27,934 bases of DNA from assembly GCA_050251875.1 (NCBI GenBank), contig JBFWMA010000010.1:1-27934 (forward strand). Reading direction: 5' to 3'. The notes beneath the pieces are model-generated. The model was not told where the DNA came from and ran no database searches. It saw nothing but the letters and a program-made list of their open reading frames with translations. Both the position numbers and the translations under genes were made by a program. Source of the DNA: Deferribacterales bacterium (GTDB lineage: Bacteria; Chrysiogenota; Deferribacteres; Deferribacterales; Geovibrionaceae). Shown in pieces: positions 18,677-27,934 of this stretch (its first letter is position 1; each line of letters starts with the position of its first letter).

Positions 18677-18752
18677 ACACTAATATTATCTTTTTTCTTA
18701 TCTTGAGAGTGTCAATTTGTCATGATATAAATGAATATGTTAAGGGGTGATC

Positions 18753-19190
18753 ATGTCTTTTGAAAATTATTTTGAAATGTCAGTTAAAATGTTCAGATCC
18801 ATGACCACGGGGCTTTTTCTTTACCCTCTTTTCGTGGCTCTGTCCGAGAGCTTTGACCTGAATACGCACTATTATCTGCCGCTGGATTCCGTAATCCGCA
18901 TCGGCACTGTTTTTCTGGTTATCTCTATGATATTTTTTCCGCTGGCGAAATACAGCTCCGCCCTGCTGGCGAGGGGAGCGGTCAACCCCGACAGACTGGG
19001 GAAAAAGCTGTTCATTTCATATATCCTGTCTGTGGGATGTTCCGAGACAATTGCCGTCTTCGGGCTGATTATCTACATCGTCACAGCGGATGTCAGGTTT
19101 TTTTACCTGTTTTTTATTCTCGCTTTTGTTCATCTTGTTCTCCACAGACCGAAAAAACCGGACTGGCAGAAGCATCTGGACAGAATATAG
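18753..19190 (+). CDS. Hypothetical membrane protein (about 4 TM helices)
   Basis: Four hydrophobic segments. ATG 18753 after AAGGGGTGA. Confidence 0.75.
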   Translation: MSFENYFEMSVKMFRSMTTGLFLYPLFVALSESFDLNTHYYLPLDSVIRIGTVFLVISMIFFPLAKYSSALLARGAVNPDRLGKKLFISYILSVGCSETIAVFGLIIYIVTADVRFFYLFFILAFVHLVLHRPKKPDWQKHLDRI

Positions 19191-19250
19191 ATTATTTTGC
19201 TGGAAAATTTAAATTCTTTTCAAATAAAAACTAATTTGATAAAATAGGAT

Positions 19251-20522
19251 ATGGCGTACAGAAGTTATATTAAAAGAGTACCCGGATTCACTTTTCTGGG
19301 ACCGTTAATGATATTTGCGGGGATGCTGACAGCATCGGATACGGGGCTCATCTATGCCCTCAATCCCGATATGGTGCTGGACACCGTCAGCATGAACTTT
19401 GCCATCGGATATTTCTTTGCCACGGCGCTGTTCTGCTTCCTGCTGATGCATGCGGGTTTTGTGCTTTACAGCGGCATGGTATACAGCAGATATTATGCAT
19501 GCATTGTGCTGTATCTCTGTCTGACCGCCGTGCTCATCCGTGTCTATCTGCTGGGTTTCGGTCCGGACGACTGGAAAATATACACAGAGATAGCCGGATG
19601 TATTCTGGCTCTCATCTATCTGAACAAACCGCAGTTCCGTGTGCGTTTCGAATATAAAAGAAGCGTATGGGGTGTTTCGCTCTTCTTCGTATGGGTGATA
19701 ATCCTCTCCACAGGGCTCTATTTTCTCTTCAGAGCGAAGAACGATCTGGACGCTCTGCCCGATATCTCCACAGTGAGATTCGACCCGGCCCCCAGAGACA
19801 CCGCCCTGATACCTATTCCTCTGTCATACGGTCTGAAAGTGCCGGACAATTTCCGTCTCTCATCCATAGAAAACTCAGAAGGCAACCTCTCCGTCACCTT
19901 CCACAACCCCGACTACGGATACATCATAATGAACAATTTCTCCGCCATCACGCCTATTTACAAGCGTATGCGGATTCTGGGATATGACAACGAACTGGAT
20001 TTCACCATGCAGTTTTTTCAGGAGAAGGTGGGGCTTCTGCCTATCTTCCTCAGAAAAACCATGTCCAGCCTCCACGTCACTGAATACGACAAGGTGAAGG
20101 TGGACGGAATCACCCTGCTGATGGAAAAGAGCGAGGGCGACAACACAGTGGCGCACGTCTTCAGAGGGAAAAACCTGCTGGGCGAAGTCACTCTGATATC
20201 CATTTCGCCGTCCGACACGGGGCTTTATAACGAGCTGTTCTCCACCATCCGGTTTCGGGAACCGGAGCATGACGCCCAGAAGCTGTACGATGACGCATCC
20301 GCTAATATGAAAAAAGATAATCCGGAAGAAGCGAAAAGACTCTTCGCATCCGCCGTGGTGATAAACCCGGAAGACGCCGAGTTCCGATATATGCTGGCAG
20401 AGACTTTCGCCCTGACAGGATACGTCTCCAGCGCCAAAAGACAGCTGGAAGACTGTCTGAGGGTCAGCCCGGAACACGACAGAGCAAAAAAACTGCTGGA
20501 AGCCCTGAACAGGATAAAATAG
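19251..20522 (+). CDS. Membrane protein with C-terminal tetratricopeptide repeats
   Basis: About 5 N-terminal TM segments, a soluble middle domain, and a TPR-like end (EAKRLFASAVVINPEDAEFRYMLA...LRVSPEHDRAKKLL). Confidence 0.75.
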   Translation: MAYRSYIKRVPGFTFLGPLMIFAGMLTASDTGLIYALNPDMVLDTVSMNFAIGYFFATALFCFLLMHAGFVLYSGMVYSRYYACIVLYLCLTAVLIRVYLLGFGPDDWKIYTEIAGCILALIYLNKPQFRVRFEYKRSVWGVSLFFVWVIILSTGLYFLFRAKNDLDALPDISTVRFDPAPRDTALIPIPLSYGLKVPDNFRLSSIENSEGNLSVTFHNPDYGYIIMNNFSAITPIYKRMRILGYDNELDFTMQFFQEKVGLLPIFLRKTMSSLHVTEYDKVKVDGITLLMEKSEGDNTVAHVFRGKNLLGEVTLISISPSDTGLYNELFSTIRFREPEHDAQKLYDDASANMKKDNPEEAKRLFASAVVINPEDAEFRYMLAETFALTGYVSSAKRQLEDCLRVSPEHDRAKKLLEALNRIK

Positions 20523-20532
20523 GGGACACACC

Positions 20533-22110
20533 ATGCCCGTAGCCACCCTGAACACGCTGAAACCACACAATGACAGATCTCTGCGCAATATGCTGGAACA
20601 TGTCTACGGCATCAGCCAGGACTGGATAGTCATTCACTTCGATGAAAAATCACTTGCCACCATACACATAGAGACAGATATGGACATAGACGCCCGCATA
20701 GCCGTGCATATTTCCGATGACGGGATGCAGGCGGAGCTGACTATGTTTCCCGCCATCAACAAAGGAAAAACCCTCGACACAAACGCCATAGAAAGATATC
20801 TGACGATAGACAAACGTCTGAACAAAGAGCTCCTGAGGTGGGACAATGTGCGCCATGCCGAGCAGTATTTCAACTCCGGATATATCGTTGAGGATATTCT
20901 TGTCGCCGAAGGCATGCCGAAGGAAGACGGCGAGGACGCCTGGATCAGGCTCCATTTCGAAATAGAGGAACGCAGACCTAAAGAGCTGGCGAGCGGCAGC
21001 GTTGATTACAGAGAGATCAACCACATAATCACGGCGGAAGAGAACCAGATGCTGATATCCTATCATCCGGAGACAAAAGGCACGGACGGGATGAAGGTGA
21101 CCGGAGAGAAGATTCCGGCGGTAAAAGGCAAGAAACTCGTTATACATAAAGGAAAAAACGTCCACTACGATGAAGAGAGACAGGGGTTCATAGCGACTGA
21201 GGGCGGTCACGTCATTTTTCAGAACAACAGACTCAGCGTCAACCCGATATATTCCGTCAGCGGAGATGTGGACTATTCCGTGGGCAACATCACCTTTGAC
21301 GGCACAGTGTCCGTCTCCGGAGACGTCTTAAGCGGATTTTCCATCAACGCCAAGAATATAATCGTCTGGGGAGTGGTGCGGGACGCATGCCTCACGGCGA
21401 AAGACGACATCACCGTTAAGACAGGCATAAAATCATCCGGAAAATGCGTTGTGAAAGCCGGACACGAAGTTTTCGCCGGATTTATAGAAAACGCTGAAGT
21501 CTATGCCGACAACGCCATAAATATCAAATATCACTGTCTGAACTCTAAGCTGTACTGCAAAGGATTCATAGAAACCCATTCATCTGACGGCACTATCTCC
21601 GGCGGAGAGATACACGCATACAGCTTTGTCCGGGCAAGAAAAATAGGTCTGGATCAGTGCCCCGTCTTCAAAATATTCATCGGGGTGAAACACGATCTCC
21701 AGCAGAAGCTGAACGAGCTGATGGCTAACAAAGACAAGCTGGAAAAAATTCTGAAAGACACAGACGACCAGATAAGAAAACTGGCAAAAATGAATCCGGA
21801 CATAAAAAAAGCGCCCAAGCTGAAATCCATCATCACGTCCAGAAATCTGCTGTACAACAAATATCAGCATACGGACGAAAAGATCGAACAGCTCATAAAC
21901 ACGTCCATGCACCCCATGCCCTATATCAGAGCGGACGAAACTGTCTATGACGGCGCCGTGCTGGTGTTCTACGGCACAGAAAAACACATCGGAGCGCCCA
22001 CAGGTCCGGCAAAGTTTGTCTTCAACAAAGGCACTGGAAAGATAGAACAGATCGAGGCGGACGCGCAGATGGAAGAATCCGAAGTGATCGAAGTCAGCCT
22101 AGATGAATAA
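20533..22110 (+). CDS. DUF342 / FapA family protein
   Basis: GSVDYREIN, G.DG..VTGE.IPA..GK, GDVDYSVGNITFDGTVSVSGDVLSGF, ISGGEI, then a coiled coil. Confidence 0.88.
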   Translation: MPVATLNTLKPHNDRSLRNMLEHVYGISQDWIVIHFDEKSLATIHIETDMDIDARIAVHISDDGMQAELTMFPAINKGKTLDTNAIERYLTIDKRLNKELLRWDNVRHAEQYFNSGYIVEDILVAEGMPKEDGEDAWIRLHFEIEERRPKELASGSVDYREINHIITAEENQMLISYHPETKGTDGMKVTGEKIPAVKGKKLVIHKGKNVHYDEERQGFIATEGGHVIFQNNRLSVNPIYSVSGDVDYSVGNITFDGTVSVSGDVLSGFSINAKNIIVWGVVRDACLTAKDDITVKTGIKSSGKCVVKAGHEVFAGFIENAEVYADNAINIKYHCLNSKLYCKGFIETHSSDGTISGGEIHAYSFVRARKIGLDQCPVFKIFIGVKHDLQQKLNELMANKDKLEKILKDTDDQIRKLAKMNPDIKKAPKLKSIITSRNLLYNKYQHTDEKIEQLINTSMHPMPYIRADETVYDGAVLVFYGTEKHIGAPTGPAKFVFNKGTGKIEQIEADAQMEESEVIEVSLDE

Positions 22111-23401
22111 ACTCCTCTCCAAGATCAGAAACAGACTGAACGCTGACGGCACGGGCGGAATCTTTAAAAACATGATGATCCTCGCCACGGGAACCACAGC
22201 GGCAAAGGGAATCGGTTTTCTCTCTTCTCTGGTGCTGACACGCATATTCGCTCCGGAGAGCTTCGGCATACTGTCGCTGTTCATCGCCTTCACATCGCTC
22301 ATCGCCCCCATAAGCACTCTCTGCTATTCATACGCCGTCCCGCTGCCCAGAAGCAGATACATGGCGGTGAATATCATGATGATGAATCTGGGGATCATAA
22401 TAATCATGACGCTGATTACCCTGATAGTCTTTCTGACCGCCGGGGAGAAAATATTCAGCATGGCTAACGCCCACGGGCTCGAACCATATATCTGGCTGAT
22501 AGTGCTCACACAGTTCGCCGGAGGCATTTATGAGACGCTCAGCTCATACGCCACCCGCATCAAGGCTTTCAAACCCATAGCCAAGACAAAGATAAACCAG
22601 TCGTTCATAGGCTCCGCCATAAAGATTTTATCCGGATTCACCCCTCTGGGTGTGACAGGGCTTCTGATAGGTCAGGCATACGCTCAGGCGGGAAGCAGTT
22701 TCACATACATAAAGGTTTTCAAAGACCAGATAAAAGATTCGCTGAAGCACATCACCCTGAAAAGAACCATGCGCACGGCGAGGTTTTACGCTGATTTTCC
22801 TATGTATCGTCTGCCGTCACAGTTTCTGCTGACTTTTTCCATACAGGCGCCCCTGCTGCTCACTGGTAAGATTTTCGGTGTGGCGACAGTGGGTCAGCTC
22901 GGACTTGCCATATCCGTTCTGTCTCTGCCCGTGATACTCTTCGGGGTGTCCGCCGGACAGGCATATTACGCAGAAACCGCCGCCATAGGGGCGAACAACC
23001 CCAGAAAGATATATGATCTGTCTAAGCAGGTGGCGAAAAAACTGTTCCTGCTGAGCCTGATTCCATTCGCCATATTACAGATCGCTGGAGAGCCTCTCTT
23101 CGTTCTGGTCTTCGGCAAGCCGTGGCATCAGGCGGGTCAGTTCGCCTCCATGCTGTCCGTCTCCCTGCTGGCTCAGTTCGTGGTGGTGCCTATCATCAAC
23201 ATACTGACGGTGCTGGGCAAACAAAAAATGTTCCTGATGTTCAACATCATGAGAACCATCAGCATAGTCGCTGTTTTTTCCGTCTGCGGATATTACAAAC
23301 TCACTGAGAATACAGTGATTTTCATATACAGCCTTGTGCTGGCGCTGAATTATCTTATTATGTCAGTCAGTATATTCAGGATAATCAGGAGCAGGTTCTG
23401 A
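22103..23401 (+). CDS. Oligosaccharide flippase (Wzx-like, MOP superfamily)
   Basis: IFKNMMILATGT...VLTRIFAPESFG, about 12 TM helices, LFVLVFGKPWHQAG. Confidence 0.85.
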   Translation: MNKLLSKIRNRLNADGTGGIFKNMMILATGTTAAKGIGFLSSLVLTRIFAPESFGILSLFIAFTSLIAPISTLCYSYAVPLPRSRYMAVNIMMMNLGIIIIMTLITLIVFLTAGEKIFSMANAHGLEPYIWLIVLTQFAGGIYETLSSYATRIKAFKPIAKTKINQSFIGSAIKILSGFTPLGVTGLLIGQAYAQAGSSFTYIKVFKDQIKDSLKHITLKRTMRTARFYADFPMYRLPSQFLLTFSIQAPLLLTGKIFGVATVGQLGLAISVLSLPVILFGVSAGQAYYAETAAIGANNPRKIYDLSKQVAKKLFLLSLIPFAILQIAGEPLFVLVFGKPWHQAGQFASMLSVSLLAQFVVVPIINILTVLGKQKMFLMFNIMRTISIVAVFSVCGYYKLTENTVIFIYSLVLALNYLIMSVSIFRIIRSRF

Positions 23402-23811
23402 TGGCGTCTGTAATGTCTCACAACGGAATGGTGACGGAAGTGACTAAGGACAGCACGGCAGTGGTGGAGGTTCTGAGAGATCATGCCTGCACAGGCTGTC
23501 AGGAACACGGGGCATGCACCATGCAGTCCTCCGGCAATATCCGTGTGCGGTTCAAAAACGCCCATGACCTGAAAAAAGGCGATATGGTGCGTATCGACAT
23601 ACAGAAGCGTGATTTTTTCAAAAGCATGATGATCGTCTATATCCTCCCGCTTTTTCTGATGCTTGTCTGCGCTGTGGTCTCCGACTCGCTGGGGGCTCAT
23701 CAGGCAGTGACCGCCTGCGTCACCCTGCTTTCCGTTTTTGTCTATTTTCTCGGTCTGAAATTTCTGCATAAGGGCAGAGACCGCCAGACCTACACCAAGA
23801 TATCCAACTAA
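23401..23811 (+). CDS. RseC/MucC family protein
   Basis: G.VT...AVVEV.R..ACTGC...GAC, LKKGDMVRI, IVYILPL, two TM helices. TGATG overlap with the flippase. Confidence 0.82.
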   Translation: MASVMSHNGMVTEVTKDSTAVVEVLRDHACTGCQEHGACTMQSSGNIRVRFKNAHDLKKGDMVRIDIQKRDFFKSMMIVYILPLFLMLVCAVVSDSLGAHQAVTACVTLLSVFVYFLGLKFLHKGRDRQTYTKISN

Positions 23812-23872
23812 ATTAGATATTTTTCTCGCATATGCCTATTCCTTATTTCGGCGTATCGTGGTTTAGTTACAC

Positions 23873-24238
23873 ATGAAGTTAATTTTATCTCTCTTTACCC
23901 TCTTACTGTGTATGTACGCCTCCGCCAACACATACGGCGATGCCGAATGCGAGCTGGTATCCGTCATAGACGGCGACACCATCAAATGCAACATAGCGGG
24001 CTATCCGGACATAATAGGCAGGGAGATTTCCGTGAGATTCAGAGGCATAAACACGCCGGAGATAAGGGGTATTGAGAGAGAACAGGGACTCATATCCAGA
24101 CAGAAACTGATAGATATTCTGTCAGACAAACAGACTATAATGCTGAAAGACATCAGCAGGGACAAATATTTCCGCATAGACGCGGATATTTACGCAGACG
24201 GTATGAAGGTCAACGAAGCATCGCTCCTTATGCCTTAG
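23873..24238 (+). CDS. Thermonuclease (SNase-like) family protein, exported
   Basis: Signal peptide, VIDGDTI, VRFRGINTPE, RDKYFRIDADIYADG..VN. Confidence 0.85.
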   Translation: MKLILSLFTLLLCMYASANTYGDAECELVSVIDGDTIKCNIAGYPDIIGREISVRFRGINTPEIRGIEREQGLISRQKLIDILSDKQTIMLKDISRDKYFRIDADIYADGMKVNEASLLMP

Positions 24239-24555
24239 AAACTTATCAGAATCCCCATCAGAACCAGAATCAGCCCGACAAAATTAAGCGGTATGCCGAA
24301 CATGGAGTGAACCTCTCTGATGACGATGACCTCACGGGTCTTCATATCCATCAGCTCCCTCGCCTCGGCGCTGTTAAGGCTCTTTCCGGTGAACCATACT
24401 GTCACACCGGACAGCATAACAGTGAGCGCCGGAATTATCCCGTGATCCTTGTAATATCCGTCACCCATCACAGCGTCCACCGTCAGATTGACCACCACCA
24501 CGAAAACAGCGGGGATCAGAAGCCCCAGATAGCCCTTACCCCGATATATAATCAT
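24235..24555 (-). CDS. Hypothetical small membrane protein
   Basis: [11 protein letters not shown], about 3 TM helices, HSMFGIP. ATG overlaps the hisD stop. Confidence 0.75.
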   Translation of the reverse strand: MIIYRGKGYLGLLIPAVFVVVVNLTVDAVMGDGYYKDHGIIPALTVMLSGVTVWFTGKSLNSAEARELMDMKTREVIVIREVHSMFGIPLNFVGLILVLMGILISF

Positions 24556-25829
24556 CAGTCATCCTTTCTGATCAGAACGGAATTTCTGTGGGCGATCAGC
24601 TCCTCAGACTCCGACAGAACTCTTATATCTTCCATATCAGCCATCAGCTGTTCTTTGGAATAGTAGATTATGCTGGATTTCTTCTGAAAGTCATATGTCC
24701 CCAGCGGAGAGAAGAATTTTGCTGTTCCGCCTGTGGGCAGAACGTGGTTGGGTCCGGCGTAATAGTCACCCACCGGCTCGGGTGTGTTCTGTCCGAGGAA
24801 TATGGCTCCGGCATTTCTGATCTTCAGCATGAATTCCATAGGATGAGCCACCGCCAGCTCCAGGTGCTCCACGGCTATCTCGTTCACTATGTCCGCCGCC
24901 TCGTCCAGATCGTCCGTCACTATGATAGCGCCGAATCTCTCCAGAGATTTTCCGGCTATCTCCTTTTTGGGCAGTTCAGCCAGCTGGGCGTATACACTGT
25001 TCTCAATGTCCTTCGCCAGCTCCATGTCGTCCGTAACCACTATGGCGGATGCCAGCTCATCGTGTTCCGCCTGTGAAAGCATGTCCGCCGCCACATAGTC
25101 CGGATCGGCTGATGAGTCAGCCACTATCAGAACCTCGCTGGGTCCTGCTATCATATCTATATCAACTTTTCCGAATACCATTTTTTTCGCCAGCGCCACA
25201 TATATGTTGCCGGGTCCGGTGATCTTGCACACCTGAGGCACTGTCTCCGTGCCGTATGCCAGAGCCGCCACAGCCTGCGCTCCGCCTATCTTAAACCCTC
25301 TGTCCACGCCTGCCAGATAAGCCGCCGCCAGCACCACCGGGTTCACATGTCCGCCTGTGGCTGGGGTCACCATCACTATCTCGTCCACTCCGGCTACCTT
25401 CGCCGGAAGCACGTTCATCAGAACGCTGGAGGGGTAAACAGCCTTTCCGCCGGGAACGTATACGCCCACGCTCTCCAGAGCCGTCACCTTCTGTCCCAGA
25501 TAGGTTCCCTTGCCGTTGTCATAGAACCATGTGGATTCCAGCTGTTTTTCGTGGAATTCCACCACGTTCTTTTTGGCGTTTTCCAGAGCTTTTTTCAGTC
25601 TGTCGTCCAGAGCGTCCCATGCCGCTTTCATCTCGGCTTTGGTTATCTCCATGCCCTCTTTCTCTATGTCGTATCTGTCGAATTTCAGAGTATATTCTTT
25701 CAGCGCTTTGTCTCCGTTTTTGCGCACGTTGTCTATGATGCCGAGCACTGTGGAGAGGTATTCGCCCTCCAGTATGTCGCCTCTGTTCAGAATATCCTGT
25801 AAGCGTTTATCAGTCTTTTTGATTATCAT
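24555..25829 (-). CDS. hisD: Histidinol dehydrogenase
   Basis: [61 protein letters not shown]. Confidence 0.98.
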   Translation of the reverse strand: MIIKKTDKRLQDILNRGDILEGEYLSTVLGIIDNVRKNGDKALKEYTLKFDRYDIEKEGMEITKAEMKAAWDALDDRLKKALENAKKNVVEFHEKQLESTWFYDNGKGTYLGQKVTALESVGVYVPGGKAVYPSSVLMNVLPAKVAGVDEIVMVTPATGGHVNPVVLAAAYLAGVDRGFKIGGAQAVAALAYGTETVPQVCKITGPGNIYVALAKKMVFGKVDIDMIAGPSEVLIVADSSADPDYVAADMLSQAEHDELASAIVVTDDMELAKDIENSVYAQLAELPKKEIAGKSLERFGAIIVTDDLDEAADIVNEIAVEHLELAVAHPMEFMLKIRNAGAIFLGQNTPEPVGDYYAGPNHVLPTGGTAKFFSPLGTYDFQKKSSIIYYSKEQLMADMEDIRVLSESEELIAHRNSVLIRKDD

Positions 25830-26879
25830 CTATACACCTGTGAAAAAGCCTTTGCCGTTCTTCTTGCTGTAATACAGCCTGCCGTCCGCTATGCGCACGA
25901 TGTCTTCCGCTGTGTCGTTTTCGGCTATGTCGCCCGGAACCGCCACCACTCCGCCGGACAGGCTGGCGAAGGTGAATCCGTATGCGTTGAAAACCCTCTT
26001 ACCTATGTCCTGTATCCTCTCCACCAGAGTGAAGATATCCGCCGTCTCATGGTTGGGCAGAATCATGAAGAACTCGTCCCCGCCGAAACGCCCCAGAACA
26101 TCGCTGACCCTCAGCCCCGCCTTGATCTCGTCCGCTATCTCTTTTATCACGCTGTCGCCTGTGAGGTGACCGCATGTGTCGTTTATCTGTTTAAAGTTGT
26201 CTATATCCAGCATCAGAAAGTAAAATCCTGTGCCGTATCTTTTATATTTCGCCATCAGGCTGTCCAGAAACTCAGCCATCGCCAGCTTGTTATATGTTCC
26301 GGTCAGGAAATCCGTTCTGGTCTGACGAAAAATCTTTTCAGTGTTATACAGTTTCTGCACGGAAACGCTGGCTATGGACGCCAGATCCTTTACAAAATCG
26401 GTAGAAACCTCTCCGCCGAATTTCTCCGCGCTCTTGCTGAACAGCGCCAGACATCCGATGATGCTCTCTCCGTGCAGAAGAGGCGCTATCATGTATGATT
26501 CCATGTCCTCATACACGTCCAGCTCGCTTATCAGATTCAGCCTGCTGTCGGAGCTGTAGGGGCGCTTTTCCAGAAAGAATGTTCTGAACATCTTGTCCGG
26601 CATGAAGAAAATGCGGTAGTCCAGATTATTCGCCTCACGGTCGAAATCCATCACATCGCCGTTGATGAACAGTACCGCCCTGTCCACATCGAATATATCC
26701 TCGATGTAATGAAGCGGCTTCTCTATTATCTCCTTCAGCGATTCCGCCAGAAGAAACGAAAACTCGACCATACGAAACGCCTCATGCTTAACCTGATTCT
26801 CTTTCACCAGTTCCATGAGTCTCTTCATCTCGTCTTTCAGATCGGCGTTTTCTCTGATAATATTGTTCAGCTTGTTCAT
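25830..26879 (-). CDS. Diguanylate cyclase (coiled coil plus GAF/DUF484-like plus GGDEF)
   Basis: TDFLTG, DIDNFKQINDTCGHLTGD, RVSD I-site five residues before GGDEF, ADGRLYYSKKNGK. Confidence 0.9.
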   Translation of the reverse strand: MNKLNNIIRENADLKDEMKRLMELVKENQVKHEAFRMVEFSFLLAESLKEIIEKPLHYIEDIFDVDRAVLFINGDVMDFDREANNLDYRIFFMPDKMFRTFFLEKRPYSSDSRLNLISELDVYEDMESYMIAPLLHGESIIGCLALFSKSAEKFGGEVSTDFVKDLASIASVSVQKLYNTEKIFRQTRTDFLTGTYNKLAMAEFLDSLMAKYKRYGTGFYFLMLDIDNFKQINDTCGHLTGDSVIKEIADEIKAGLRVSDVLGRFGGDEFFMILPNHETADIFTLVERIQDIGKRVFNAYGFTFASLSGGVVAVPGDIAENDTAEDIVRIADGRLYYSKKNGKGFFTGV

Positions 26880-27934
26880 TACTTCAACTCTCCCAGATTA
26901 TTTCCCTTCGCACCGTTGACAACCAGAGGCACGTCCAGCTTCATCACGCTCTCCATGATATTCTGCATATCACTGGCGAAATCATCCGCTTGAGCCTCTT
27001 TCACTTCGAAGACCAGCTCATCGTGCACCTGAAGAACCATATAGGCATCATATCCTTTATCGGCAGTAACTCTGGAACACTCAATCATCGCCAGCTTGAT
27101 AATATCCGCCGCCGAGCCCTGCATGGGCACGTTAACGGCTATCCTCTCACCCCTCATGGCTATGGTTTTGTTCCTGCTGTTGATCTCTTTGATAAAACGT
27201 TTTCGTCCGGATATGGTTTCGGCGTATCCGGTTTTTCTGGTGTTTTCCGCTGTCTGGTCTATGAACGAGCGGACGGAAGGATATGCCGAGAAATATCTCT
27301 CGATGAAAGTTTTCGCGTCCTTCTGGGCTATGCCCGTGTCACGGGACAGACCAAAGGGGCTCAATCCGTATAAAATACCGAAATTAACCGCTTTTGCAAG
27401 CCTTCTCATGTCTGAATTCACACTTTCCGGCGCCACGTTAAAAATTCCCGCCGCCGTCTTGGTGTGGATATCCTCATTGTGCTGATACGCGGTCTTCAGG
27501 TTCACATCTCCTGTCAGGTGCGCCAGTATTCGCAGCTCTATCTGCGAATAGTCGAACGACACGAAGCAGTAACCCTCGGCGGGAACAAAAGCTCCCCGCA
27601 GGAGCACGCCGTATTCACCCTTCATGGGGATGTTCTGCATATTCGGGTTCACGGACGACAGCCTGCCTGTGGCGGTTCCCGTCTGTTTGAATGACGTGTG
27701 TATCCTGCCTGTCTGCGGGTCTGTGTAGTCGCCCAGAGGCAGGGCATAGGTCGAGAGCAGTTTATTCAGCTCCCTGTATTTCAGAATATCTTCCAGTATA
27801 TGAGCATACATCGGGTTCATGGGCATCATAGCCCTGAGAGCCTCTTCGTCTGTGGAGTTTCCGGTTTTGGTCTTTTTGACAGGATTGAGAGACAGCTCGT
27901 CAAACAGAAAACCGGAGAGCTGTTTTGGCGAGTT
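26879..27934 (-). CDS. polA: DNA polymerase I, C-terminal part (5' end outside the window)
   Basis: Frame is open to the window edge (NSPKQLS...KKTKTG.STDEEAL). TATGRLSS..PNMQNIP, DYSQIELR, RRLAKAVNFGILYG, QVHDEL. Confidence 0.98.
   Translation of the reverse strand, partial: NSPKQLSGFLFDELSLNPVKKTKTGNSTDEEALRAMMPMNPMYAHILEDILKYRELNKLLSTYALPLGDYTDPQTGRIHTSFKQTGTATGRLSSVNPNMQNIPMKGEYGVLLRGAFVPAEGYCFVSFDYSQIELRILAHLTGDVNLKTAYQHNEDIHTKTAAGIFNVAPESVNSDMRRLAKAVNFGILYGLSPFGLSRDTGIAQKDAKTFIERYFSAYPSVRSFIDQTAENTRKTGYAETISGRKRFIKEINSRNKTIAMRGERIAVNVPMQGSAADIIKLAMIECSRVTADKGYDAYMVLQVHDELVFEVKEAQADDFASDMQNIMESVMKLDVPLVVNGAKGNNLGELK

Overview
A gene-dense bacterial chromosomal window, mostly core metabolism. 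The gene set suggests an anaerobic or nitrate-respiring Gram-negative organism, possibly Deferribacterales-like, but that is inference only. From left to right it holds: an AT-rich edge; a minus-strand operon of circularly permuted ATP-grasp ligase, alpha-E protein and zinc peptidase; an rRNA-methyltransferase-like gene and a RluA gene; a DUF45/M48 peptidase; a complete group 3b [NiFe]-hydrogenase operon (beta-gamma-delta-alpha plus maturation protease) with a REP-type repeat mosaic inside it; a NIT-domain chemoreceptor; metY; ilvB-ilvN-ilvC; a plus-strand run (membrane protein, TPR protein, DUF342/FapA, flippase, RseC, thermonuclease-like); and a minus-strand polA(3' part)-GGDEF-hisD-membrane protein run. 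The most notable unannotated signal is a 36-codon leader ORF upstream of metY (14700-14810, minus strand) ending in ...MSMSSSMMMHGFRA. Its Ser-Ser-Met-Met-Met codons are complementary to the metY Shine-Dalgarno region, which makes it a candidate methionine-sensing, ribosome-mediated attenuator. A similar but weaker switch-like leader with a mini-ORF precedes ilvB. All assignments come from reading motifs by eye; no searches or RNA folding were run.
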